Shown: piece after piece, positions 17,914 through 25,677 of the stretch
Layout of the letters: each line of letters begins with the position of its first letter
Position numbering within the stretch: position 1 is the first letter of the stretch
Notes under the pieces: generated by a model
What the model was told of the DNA's origin: nothing
Databases searched by the model: none
Seen by the model: only the letters and a program-made list of their open reading frames with translations
DNA from: an uncultured Candidatus Berkelbacteria bacterium
GTDB lineage: Bacteria; Patescibacteriota; UBA1384; CAILIB01
NCBI GenBank assembly: GCA_903834195.1
Contig: CAILIB010000015.1
Location: forward strand, 1 to 51,145
Direction: 5' to 3'
Length of the DNA stretch: 51,145 nucleotides
Program-made: the position numbers and the translations under genes

Positions 17914-18233
17914 TGTGGAAGGGATTCGAACACCCTAACCTGAAGAAAATTTAATTAAGACAAAAAGAGCCAAAATGGCTCTTTTTCTGAGGCTTCTAAC
18001 CTGTAGTTGAAACATTTGGCGGACTGGATGCACTTTCCTTCGAACACTTGATGATCTGGATTGAGCAATTAAGAAGAGTATATGTTAAGAAGTAGAATCA
18101 GTTCTTAATAAGGTAACAGTGGCTACGATTTCTCATATGCTGGTATTTGCGAGTATTGAGATGTATTAGGTTAGGAACCTTTCTGCTATAAGAAAGGTAT
18201 GCTCTTGGAGCTAGTATTGCTACGGAGGATTGA

Positions 18234-19316
18234 ATGGAAAGGACATTTAAAAATCGAAGTATCGGAATCAGCGGACTAATGTCGGCAAATGAAGTGATTT
18301 CTATGCACGCACTTTTTATCCGACCCTGGGGTACCTATCACGCCGGGGAATACCAAAGCGGTGTGTATCCTGAGATAAGTCTCGGGGCAAACGTTTCTTC
18401 TGAATCACTTAGGACGGCGGAAGCTAACCCTGCTAGACTCTTGCCAAGCGTAGATCAGCTTGGTGACATCTTCTTTCAAGTAGGATGGCTTGAAATGGGT
18501 CGCAGCTTTGCTTGCTTCACTGCACCGAGTGATGAAGGGTTGGCTGATGAGTTAGAGCTTCTTTTTACGAGGTGCCCCTGTGAGGGTATTCAGCTCAACA
18601 TGCTCTGGCCAAACCCGACGGAGGTTGCACGCTTCCGGGAGAAACACCCGCACACACGCCTTACCCTACAAATCGGTCGTAACGCTCTAAACGAAGTTGA
18701 ATGGAACCCAGAAACACTTGTGAAGGTTGTTGAGCACTACTTTGGAGACATCCAGGCAGTGCTGCTTGACCTGAGCGAGGGAGAGGAGTTCACCTTTGAC
18801 CCTGAAGACTTAAAGCCGATCGTTGAAGCACTGATGCGCTTCCATAACCTTGAAATCGGGGTTGCGGGATGGCTCTCTGCTGAATCGATGCACCTGATTG
18901 CGCCGCTCGTTTCCATTTGTTCCTACCTTTCGGTAGAGGCAGGAGAGGTTGGGGGTAAGCTCCGTAACCCAGACGGCAGCTTCAACTATGAAGCGGTGGA
19001 CGCGTACCTTAAGGCGGCGTTTGCTGTCCTTTACGGTGAAAAGGAAATGCCTGATCTTGAGGCTGAACCACGGAGAGAGGAGCCGCATGGCCCACCTATT
19101 TCAATTCATGGAGCACAGCGTCAATTCGGACATCTCTCATCAATAAACTACTGGGGTGCAACGGCAGAGATCGAAGATGGGCTTCGCAGCTCTGGAAGAG
19201 GTCGACCAATCTGTCTAAAATGCGGGGAGCTCATGTTTCCTGCTGACGATCACGGCAGGTACACCTGTATTTGTAGCCTTGGAGATGTTGTTGATCTTGC
19301 AATGGACGACTTCTAG
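18234..19316 (+). CDS. TrpF-like TIM-barrel hypothetical protein with a C-terminal Cys-rich (CxxC...CxC) domain
   Basis: 'GIQLN', 'LTLQI', 'VLLDLSEG', 'IGVAGWLSAES', 'SVEAG...KLR' follow the PRA-isomerase-like barrel pattern; 'CLKCGELMFPADDHGRYTCIC' at the end. Confidence 0.55.
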   Translation: MERTFKNRSIGISGLMSANEVISMHALFIRPWGTYHAGEYQSGVYPEISLGANVSSESLRTAEANPARLLPSVDQLGDIFFQVGWLEMGRSFACFTAPSDEGLADELELLFTRCPCEGIQLNMLWPNPTEVARFREKHPHTRLTLQIGRNALNEVEWNPETLVKVVEHYFGDIQAVLLDLSEGEEFTFDPEDLKPIVEALMRFHNLEIGVAGWLSAESMHLIAPLVSICSYLSVEAGEVGGKLRNPDGSFNYEAVDAYLKAAFAVLYGEKEMPDLEAEPRREEPHGPPISIHGAQRQFGHLSSINYWGATAEIEDGLRSSGRGRPICLKCGELMFPADDHGRYTCICSLGDVVDLAMDDF

Positions 19317-19360
19317 ACTTACTGTATTTTCTGCACTATTCCTGTAGTGCGTAGTATCTT

Positions 19361-19397
19361 GCACTCCTCTTACTTCGGTTCGGGTGGGTGCTTTTTT
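19361..19397 (+). terminator. Possible intrinsic terminator after the cassette 2 gene
   Basis: gcactc...gggtgc imperfect stem followed by tttttt. Confidence 0.45.
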
Positions 19398-19575
19398 AAT
19401 ACTTTTTCTAAAATATAAGTTCGAAATAAAATGAATGACCAAATTGCCTTCAGGTCAAAACCGAACAGAGAGCATGTGATATTGAACACCTCCAACCTGA
19501 ACAATACAAATTTAAACCAGAAAAAGAGCAGTAATGGCTCTTTTTCTGTGGCTTCTAACCTGTAGTTAAAACATT

Positions 19576-19816
19576 TGGCGGAGAGGTAGGATGACGTTCG
19601 CTTTCTGAACCTTTCACTACGTATTGAAGCGGTTCAGAAGCACTACACTAACTTCGCTCTTTGCTTCGCAAAGTATTGTTTAGGCGAAGTCGAACCCTCC
19701 GCTTCGCGGTACGGGTTCGCATCCTTACAGAAAACAATAAAACACACACCCGTCTGGAACGACTCCGCAGGTACATTATTGTACCGAGGACTAGTGACAG
19801 ACGGGTGTGTGTTTTA
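19576..19816 (-). repeat. tRNA-Ser 3'-fragment unit, copy 2 (241-bp period), with 97-bp structured insertion (19593-19689)
   Basis: tggcggagaggtagg identical to 19817-19831; at|insert|tcgaaccc; followed by an inverted copy gggttcgcatcct and a 20-bp perfect inverted repeat (19737-19756/19798-19817). Confidence 0.9.
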
Positions 19817-19906
19817 TGGCGGAGAGGTAGGGATTCGAACCCTAGATACAGTTGCCCGTATGGCGGTTTTCGAAACCGCTGCTTTCGACCACTCAGCCAC
19901 CTCTCC
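19817..19906 (-). tRNA. tRNA-Ser(CGA)
   Basis: ggagagg acceptor stem, D arm, gcggt-TT-CGA-AA-accgc anticodon arm, long variable arm, GGTTCGAATCC T arm, discriminator G and encoded CCA. Confidence 0.97.
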
Positions 19907-19936
19907 AATTTATCTCCTCACAAGAGATGGTAACAG

Positions 19937-20797
19937 CTACTTTTTCTTCCGAACAGTAACCTGGACACCTTTTTTGTTCGATGTCTCTTCTGCGATCTGC
20001 TTTTCAACTGTTGCCGTGCGCTTTGGATGTTCTGGGTGCTTATGATCTGCCTCGATAAGTGCTGTATCTACACCGGCAATTTCGAACTTCTTCTTATTAA
20101 CTTGAGCCTGTTGAGCAATCGAGAATGCTGTGGTAATTACCCAGTAGAATGAGATGCCAGCAGCAAATCGACTCGCAGCGAAAAGAGTCATGGCTGGAAG
20201 GAGGAATGTCATATTGCGCTGAGCTGCCATCATTGGATCAACATCGCCATCACTATTTGGCTTAACCGGAGGGTTAATCATGCGCATTAAGAAGTACTGG
20301 AGAACCGCAGCAATGATTGGGAAAATGTAATACTTGTCGCCCTGTAATAAATCGATTCCAAACGCATTTGTATTCACACTAGCTGCGTGTGGCATCCAGG
20401 CATAAATACCTGTAGCGTCAGTCGTTAAACCTTGACGAATTACTTGATAGAAAACCAGGAGAACTACCAACTGAATAATCGAAGGTAAACAAGAACTTCC
20501 CAGGGGATTAATCTGATTTTTCTTATAGAGCTCCATTTGTGCAGCTGCCAAGCCTTGGCGATCATCGCCATACTCTTTTTTCAACTCAGCCAAAACTGGT
20601 TGTAGCTGGTTAATCTTGCGCTGAGTTTCAGCTGCCTTACGAGAAGGTACAAGAAGTGCAAACCGTACAACCAATGTCACAAGCAAGATTGAAATAGCTG
20701 CAAAGTGCCCAGGAAGTGCCCAGTTGAAGAAGTTCAACAGGTTTAATAGTGGGAGATAGAGAATCGCGCGAAAGATATCAATAATCATGGAGAACAT
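19937..20797 (-). CDS. yidC: Membrane protein insertase YidC/Oxa1
   Basis: 'AISILLVTLVVRFALLVP', 'LQPVLAELKKEY', 'QMELYKKNQINP...SCLP', 'FYWVITTAFSIAQQ'; canonical synteny. Confidence 0.93.
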   Translation of the reverse strand: MFSMIIDIFRAILYLPLLNLLNFFNWALPGHFAAISILLVTLVVRFALLVPSRKAAETQRKINQLQPVLAELKKEYGDDRQGLAAAQMELYKKNQINPLGSSCLPSIIQLVVLLVFYQVIRQGLTTDATGIYAWMPHAASVNTNAFGIDLLQGDKYYIFPIIAAVLQYFLMRMINPPVKPNSDGDVDPMMAAQRNMTFLLPAMTLFAASRFAAGISFYWVITTAFSIAQQAQVNKKKFEIAGVDTALIEADHKHPEHPKRTATVEKQIAEETSNKKGVQVTVRKKK

Positions 20798-21039
20798 TAT
20801 TTAACTGGATCGTGACCACCTTTACCAAACCAGGGGTTACAGCGTAATACTCGTAGTGTTCCAAGGTAGACGCCTTTTACTACACCATATTTTTCTATTG
20901 CTTGATACCCGTATTCACTACATGTTGGTGTGTACATGCAGTATCCATATGGATAGTTCACTTTCCGTGGACTGTGATCTGGCGACCACACTCGTTGGTA
21001 CAAGCGTATTAGCGCGAGGACTGGAGTCTTCGGAGACAT
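20797..21039 (-). CDS. yidD: Membrane protein insertion efficiency factor YidD
   Basis: 'LIRLYQ...SP...CMYTPTCSEYGYQAIEKYG...RVLRCNPW...GGHDPV'. Confidence 0.95.
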   Translation of the reverse strand: MSPKTPVLALIRLYQRVWSPDHSPRKVNYPYGYCMYTPTCSEYGYQAIEKYGVVKGVYLGTLRVLRCNPWFGKGGHDPVK

Positions 21040-21341
21040 TGGTCAAGTTGGCCGATAAGTTCAGTGCTTGAAAGTTCAGCTGCGCCTTTTAAAAGTCGGA
21101 CAATAAGCATTCCTTGTGGTAAACCTCGTTCACGCAAGGAAGCTCGTATCCTTCTTTTACAAAGATTACGAGTAACTGCATTGCGCGCTACTTTCGTATC
21201 AACGATAACAGTGACTGCACCTAGGGTACCAGGTTTCGGAAGGAAGGTACAACTAATCATCCCGTACGTTCGACGTTCACCACGCCGAAATACGTACAAG
21301 ATATCCTTACTCGAATGCAGCCTTTGTTCACGAGGGAACAC
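21009..21341 (-). CDS. rnpA: Ribonuclease P protein component
   Basis: 'RLHSSKDI..VFRRG', 'KVARNAVTRNLCKRRIR' RNR-like motif; between rpmH and yidD. Confidence 0.88.
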   Translation of the reverse strand: MFPREQRLHSSKDILYVFRRGERRTYGMISCTFLPKPGTLGAVTVIVDTKVARNAVTRNLCKRRIRASLRERGLPQGMLIVRLLKGAAELSSTELIGQLDQCLRRLQSSR

Positions 21342-21356
21342 GAAGTGAGTACTTAA

Positions 21357-21506
21357 TTAGTACTTGCGCTTTTCGTCGGACACGGTCAACTTATGACGAC
21401 CCTTGAGGCGACGAGCTTTGATCACGTTGATTGCATCACGCATACGGGCTCGGAAGCCGTGTTTGCGCAGACGCTTTCGCTTATTTGATTTTCCATCTAC
21501 ATACAT
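21357..21506 (-). CDS. rpmH: 50S ribosomal protein L34
   Basis: '[14 protein letters not shown]...[16 protein letters not shown]'; ATG at 21504-21506; divergent from dnaA. Confidence 0.93.
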   Translation of the reverse strand: MYVDGKSNKRKRLRKHGFRARMRDAINVIKARRLKGRHKLTVSDEKRKY

Positions 21507-21669
21507 GAGTAGTACTCTACCTGATTTCTTCCTGTTGTTCAAGCCTAGATAATTGGAGTTAAAAGCTTGTAATGGATGACTTCACCCTATTCTTCCGCAT
21601 GTCACTCTTTTTGACGAGGACTAAGAGTTTGGACGTAGTGTTCGGAAGATAGCGAACATATATCGAACA

Positions 21670-21698
21670 TGTGGATAACTCTTTACACATGTGGATAA
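21670..21698. promoter_or_regulatory. Two perfect DnaA boxes upstream of dnaA
   Basis: TGTGGATAA at 21670 and 21690 within an acatgtggataact direct repeat; a third at 21900 inside dnaA. Confidence 0.9.
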
Positions 21699-21762
21699 CT
21701 TTTGTACCCTTATAACCAAGCGGGCACGAGCCCATTTTTTAACGCCACTAACTGCCCCTACA

Positions 21763-23151
21763 ATGACCGAGGAACAGCTATCCTCAACCTGGAAAATGAC
21801 ACTTAAGCAGATGGAAGGGGCATTCCCATCTGCGATTTATAAAAGTGTCTTCGGAACGAGCTCACTCAAGGGAGTATCTGGTGATATTGCAGAGGTAACT
21901 GTGGATAACCAGGTAGCCCGAAACTTCGTCAGTAAGTACGCTGAAGAGAAGCTTCTAAAGAACTTAAGTGAAGTTCTAGGAGCACCTATTACTCAAGCAC
22001 GGTACACGATTAAACCGGTCGCCAAGGAAGCAAAAAATATTAAATCGCACACTGAAAAAGGGGAGGAGTTATTCCACTCAAACAAGAACCATTCTTTGGA
22101 ACCAAACCAAAATCTGAGTTCAAATTTGAACCCGAAGTACACCTTTAGTAGTTTTATTGTTGGTAATCGTAACCGACTTGCTCACGCTGCTGCTCGCGCA
22201 GTTGCTGAAAGCCCTGGTAATTTATACAATCCTCTTTACTTATATGGTGGTGTGGGATTAGGTAAAACCCACCTCATGCAAGCGATTGGGAATGAAATTC
22301 TTCGCACCAACCCTGAGAAAAAAGTATTGTACGTTTCTTGTGAAAGTTTCATGAACGAGTTTGTTGCTAGTATTCGTGGGGCTGGCCAGGAAGCTTTTAA
22401 GAAGAAGTACCGCAATATAAACGTCTTTCTTGTAGATGATATTCAATTCATCGCTGGAAAAGATGGTATTCAGGAAGAATTCTTTCACACCTTCAACGCA
22501 CTTTACCAAACTAATGCGCAGATCGTCATTACTTCAGATATTATCCCATCTGAAATGAAGGGGTTGGAAGATCGCCTCTCAAGTCGATTTAGCGCTGGAA
22601 TGATTGCTGACATGCAGTTGCCAGATTTAGAAACCCGTCAGGCAATCCTTATTTCAAAGTGCCAAGAGCGCGGTATTATTCTCCCAAACGAAGCAATTAC
22701 GTATATTGCTGATCAAATTGATACAAACATTCGAGAATTAGAAGGGGCACTTAGTAGAGTCGTCCTGGCCATTCACGCATCGGGAAATACCCATCCATCC
22801 CTTAATGATGTTAAAACGGCGTTAACAGGCATTATCTCCACAAATAGACCCTCTAAGAAAAGCTCGGCACAGTCACTTATGGATCTTGTGTGTCAGTTTT
22901 ATAGTATTGAGCTCGCTGACCTCCTTGGCCCTCGTCGCCAACAAGAGCTTGTGCGCCCTCGTCAAATTCTCATGTATCTCTTGAAACATGAACTTGGTAT
23001 GACATTTCCGGCGATTGGCCGTGAAGTAGGTGGACGCGATCACACTACTGCAATGCACTCAGTTGATAAGATTGAGAAAGAAATGAAAAAATCACCTGAG
23101 CTATTAGAAGAACTTCAACATTTAAAAGAACAATTGTATACGGTCAAATAA
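21763..23151 (+). CDS. dnaA: Chromosomal replication initiator DnaA
   Basis: 'LNPKYTFSSFIVG', 'YNPLYLYGGVGLGKTHL', 'VDDIQF', 'NIRELEGAL', 'GGRDHTT'; likely ATG at 21763. Confidence 0.98.
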   Translation: MTEEQLSSTWKMTLKQMEGAFPSAIYKSVFGTSSLKGVSGDIAEVTVDNQVARNFVSKYAEEKLLKNLSEVLGAPITQARYTIKPVAKEAKNIKSHTEKGEELFHSNKNHSLEPNQNLSSNLNPKYTFSSFIVGNRNRLAHAAARAVAESPGNLYNPLYLYGGVGLGKTHLMQAIGNEILRTNPEKKVLYVSCESFMNEFVASIRGAGQEAFKKKYRNINVFLVDDIQFIAGKDGIQEEFFHTFNALYQTNAQIVITSDIIPSEMKGLEDRLSSRFSAGMIADMQLPDLETRQAILISKCQERGIILPNEAITYIADQIDTNIRELEGALSRVVLAIHASGNTHPSLNDVKTALTGIISTNRPSKKSSAQSLMDLVCQFYSIELADLLGPRRQQELVRPRQILMYLLKHELGMTFPAIGREVGGRDHTTAMHSVDKIEKEMKKSPELLEELQHLKEQLYTVK

Positions 23152-23525
23152 CTAACATTCAATTCTTTGCCTCCGCATCCCGAGTATTTACGGGGAGGAC
23201 CAGCAAAGAATTGAATGGTTAGATTTTTGTTCTTTATATATATTTATGTAGTAATGGTAATAGTAAGGGTGGGGGAAAAGTGGAAAAATATGAGAAGATG
23301 GCTTCGGAAGGCGAAGAACTCTGAAATTCCACTGGGGACAAGCCAGTTAGTAATCGTTTAACAACTATTGTATAACCAAGTTATCCGCAGGAAGGCATAG
23401 TGGGGTGTGGGATAACTAGTAGTTGTACACCGTATTTCCCCAAAGTTATCCCCGAAATTGTACAGGAGAACCAATGATTATCCCCACTTTATCCACTACT
23501 TATCCACAGCCTAGAATAGACTGAT
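23152..23525. other. Replication origin oriC
   Basis: dnaA-dnaN intergenic. AT-rich tract 23222-23248; trinucleotide run TAG TAA TGG TAA TAG TAA (23249-23266); DnaA-box-like 9-mers at 23381, 23407, 23446, 23478, 23489 and perfect TTATCCACA at 23500; visible switch from C/A-rich to G/T-rich + strand. Confidence 0.92.
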
Positions 23526-24638
23526 ATGAAGTTTACCTGTTCTAAAGAAGAACTTGACCGACAACTCCAACATGTGAGTCGTATAGTAACGATTCGCCAG
23601 TCGCTTCCAATACTTTCAAACCTGTTACTAGAAACAGATGGGGCGTTCATTCGGATTAGTGGGACGGATATGGAGCTTGCTGTAACTACCCGTGTTGCGG
23701 CTGAAGTTGAGCAAGAAGGTGTATTTACTGTTCCAGCTAAGATTTTCCAAGATTTTGTGCACCAAAATCCAGATGGGGAACTAACCTTTAAACTTGAAGG
23801 TGTTGAATTGGTTTGTTCAAGTGCTAAGGTTCAAGCGCGAATTGGGGGAATTGATCCAGAAGAATACCCTGAATTACCAAAAGTACCCGAAGAACAACGA
23901 TTAGCAATTCCAAGTGAGGCATTTATTGATGCACTAAAGAAAGTGGTTATTGCGGCTGCAACCGATGCGGCTCGACCGGTACTTACAGGTGTATTTATGC
24001 GCGCTGAGAATGATTTACTCACCATTGCAGCAACTGATAGTTTTCGTTTGGCTGAACGGGTTATCTCAAGTGTTCCAACTCCAACTGCTCAAGAACTACT
24101 GATTCCAGCCAGAACTGTACAAGAGTTAATTCGTATTACAGCCCAGCTTCCGGAAGGGACAGACATTGAAATACTCCTTGGTGAAAATCAGATTGTATTT
24201 CGACTTGGTGGAATTGAGTTATATTCTCGATTGCTTACAGGAAAGTTTCCTCAGTACCGAAGTCTGATTCCTCCAGCTTTTGTGGCTGAGGCTGATGTAG
24301 CTACTTCGGAATTTATTCAGAGTTTGCGATTAGCTACGATTTTCTCTCAATCTGGTGTGGCTAATGTCTTATTAGAGCTTGATGCTGAAGGAGTATTTAC
24401 TGTTTCTAGTTACGGTTCGCAAAAAGGTTCAGCTAAACACACATTGTATGCGGTGCTCAAAGAAGGTTCGGAGCCAATTCGGGCAGCATTTAATACCCGC
24501 TTTCTTCTTGATGCAGTAGGGGCAACTGGTACAGATTTTGTAAAACTCAAATTCAGTGGAACAACATCGCCGTTTATTTTAACCACAGACGATCCGCAGT
24601 ACTTTCAATTAGTGATGCCTATTCGTCTCGATTCCTAA
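23526..24638 (+). CDS. dnaN: DNA polymerase III beta sliding clamp
   Basis: 'LPILSNLLL', 'GTDMEL', 'RPVLTGV', 'ATDSFRLA', 'GKFPQY', 'AFNTRFLLD', 'LVMPIR'. Confidence 0.97.
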   Translation: MKFTCSKEELDRQLQHVSRIVTIRQSLPILSNLLLETDGAFIRISGTDMELAVTTRVAAEVEQEGVFTVPAKIFQDFVHQNPDGELTFKLEGVELVCSSAKVQARIGGIDPEEYPELPKVPEEQRLAIPSEAFIDALKKVVIAAATDAARPVLTGVFMRAENDLLTIAATDSFRLAERVISSVPTPTAQELLIPARTVQELIRITAQLPEGTDIEILLGENQIVFRLGGIELYSRLLTGKFPQYRSLIPPAFVAEADVATSEFIQSLRLATIFSQSGVANVLLELDAEGVFTVSSYGSQKGSAKHTLYAVLKEGSEPIRAAFNTRFLLDAVGATGTDFVKLKFSGTTSPFILTTDDPQYFQLVMPIRLDS

Positions 24639-25669
24639 TGCTCGAGAGTATTCTACTGCACAACTTTCGCAGTTATACCGAGCGTCAGTTTGAACTGGGC
24701 AAACAAACAGTAATTACTGGTCCGAATGGGGCTGGAAAAACGAACATCCTGGAAGCTGTGGCAATGTTGTCACTGACTACATCCTGGAAAACTGAAAAAG
24801 ACAGTGAGGTGATTTTATGGGGAGAGCCGTTTACACGTGTAGTGAGTGGTGATCGAGAATTAGTTGTGCAACGTCATCCGTACTTTAAGCGAATTCGGCT
24901 TGATGGGGTAAGTAAGCGGGTGGGCGAGGTATTAGGAACGCTGCCTTCAGTACTATTTCAGCCAGATGACAGTGCATTGGTATATGGTTCACCAACCTAT
25001 CGCCGTCAGGCATTAGATCGGTTACTCAGTCAGACGGCTCCAGGGTATTTAAAAGCACTTACGCAGTTGCAACGGGTAGTTAAACAGAGAAATAAGCTCC
25101 TAAAGCAGATTCAAGAAGGGCAAGCCAGTGAACTAGAGTTGCCGTACTGGGATCAGCAGTTGATGGCCGATGCATTAGTTGTCCAATCTGTTAGAGCGGA
25201 TGCAATACCAAGATTATGCGCTAATTTACAGCAACACTTTCATGATCTCGTGGATTCTGATCAACGAGTGAATATGGTATACGAAACAAGTCCAAAACAC
25301 GTTGATGGGGCTGATTTAGCAGAGCATTTACAACGAAATCGCCACAAAGAAATTGCTGCTGGCGTAACGTTGTATGGACCACATCGGGAAGATATTCTTT
25401 TTACTTGGGGTGAGCACTTAGCGACTGAAGGTATGTCGCGTGGACAGGTCAGGGCTCTTGTTTTAGCCTTTAAACTTGCTGAGGTAGAATATATTGAGGG
25501 CAAAACTGGCTCAGCCCCAATTTTACTTCTTGATGATGTATTTTCTGAGTTTGATGATGTGCGCCGGGGTCGTGTGATTGAACTTAGTAAAACGTATCAA
25601 ACCATTCTTACAACTACTGAGTTGGATGATGTTCACAAGACTGATTCCACATACGTAATATCACTTTAA
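24638..25669 (+). CDS. recF: DNA replication and repair protein RecF
   Basis: 'NFRSY', 'GPNGAGKTNILEA', 'GPHRED', 'SRGQ', 'LLLDDVFSEFD'. Confidence 0.95.
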   Translation: MLESILLHNFRSYTERQFELGKQTVITGPNGAGKTNILEAVAMLSLTTSWKTEKDSEVILWGEPFTRVVSGDRELVVQRHPYFKRIRLDGVSKRVGEVLGTLPSVLFQPDDSALVYGSPTYRRQALDRLLSQTAPGYLKALTQLQRVVKQRNKLLKQIQEGQASELELPYWDQQLMADALVVQSVRADAIPRLCANLQQHFHDLVDSDQRVNMVYETSPKHVDGADLAEHLQRNRHKEIAAGVTLYGPHREDILFTWGEHLATEGMSRGQVRALVLAFKLAEVEYIEGKTGSAPILLLDDVFSEFDDVRRGRVIELSKTYQTILTTTELDDVHKTDSTYVISL

Positions 25670-25677
25670 AACGTCCT

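Larger units (their letters stand above)
17066..18023 (+). mobile_element. Putative integrated gene cassette 1 (951-bp period) bounded by (T/A)GGCGGA cores
   Basis: Left end homologous to 18017-18095; right end 17974-18023 is 48/50 identical to 19533-19582. Confidence 0.65.
18017..19582 (+). mobile_element. Putative integrated gene cassette 2 (1559-bp period) bounded by TGGCGGA cores
   Basis: Same left and right end sequences as cassette 1; carries one ORF with its own SD (GGAGG) and terminator. Confidence 0.65.

Noticed and set aside
17262-17954. 230-aa ORF as one intact gene
   Set aside because: The SD lies near 17366, and the last ~40 codons follow an apparent frameshift and run into the cassette right end; treated as a pseudogene.
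19576-19725. Second, intron-containing tRNA-Ser gene
   Set aside because: Only the acceptor 3' strand and T arm are present; there is no anticodon arm, D arm or 5' acceptor strand.
16891-19906. CRISPR array or attC integron
   Set aside because: The repeats are few, irregularly spaced (241-1559 bp) and tRNA-derived. No cas or intI gene is present, and I could not identify attC-type RYYYAAC/GTTRRRY boundaries.
19648-20045. ORFs 19648-19908(-), 19661-19933(+) and 19779-20045(+)
   Set aside because: These are translations across the tRNA and its hairpins and have no independent coding evidence.
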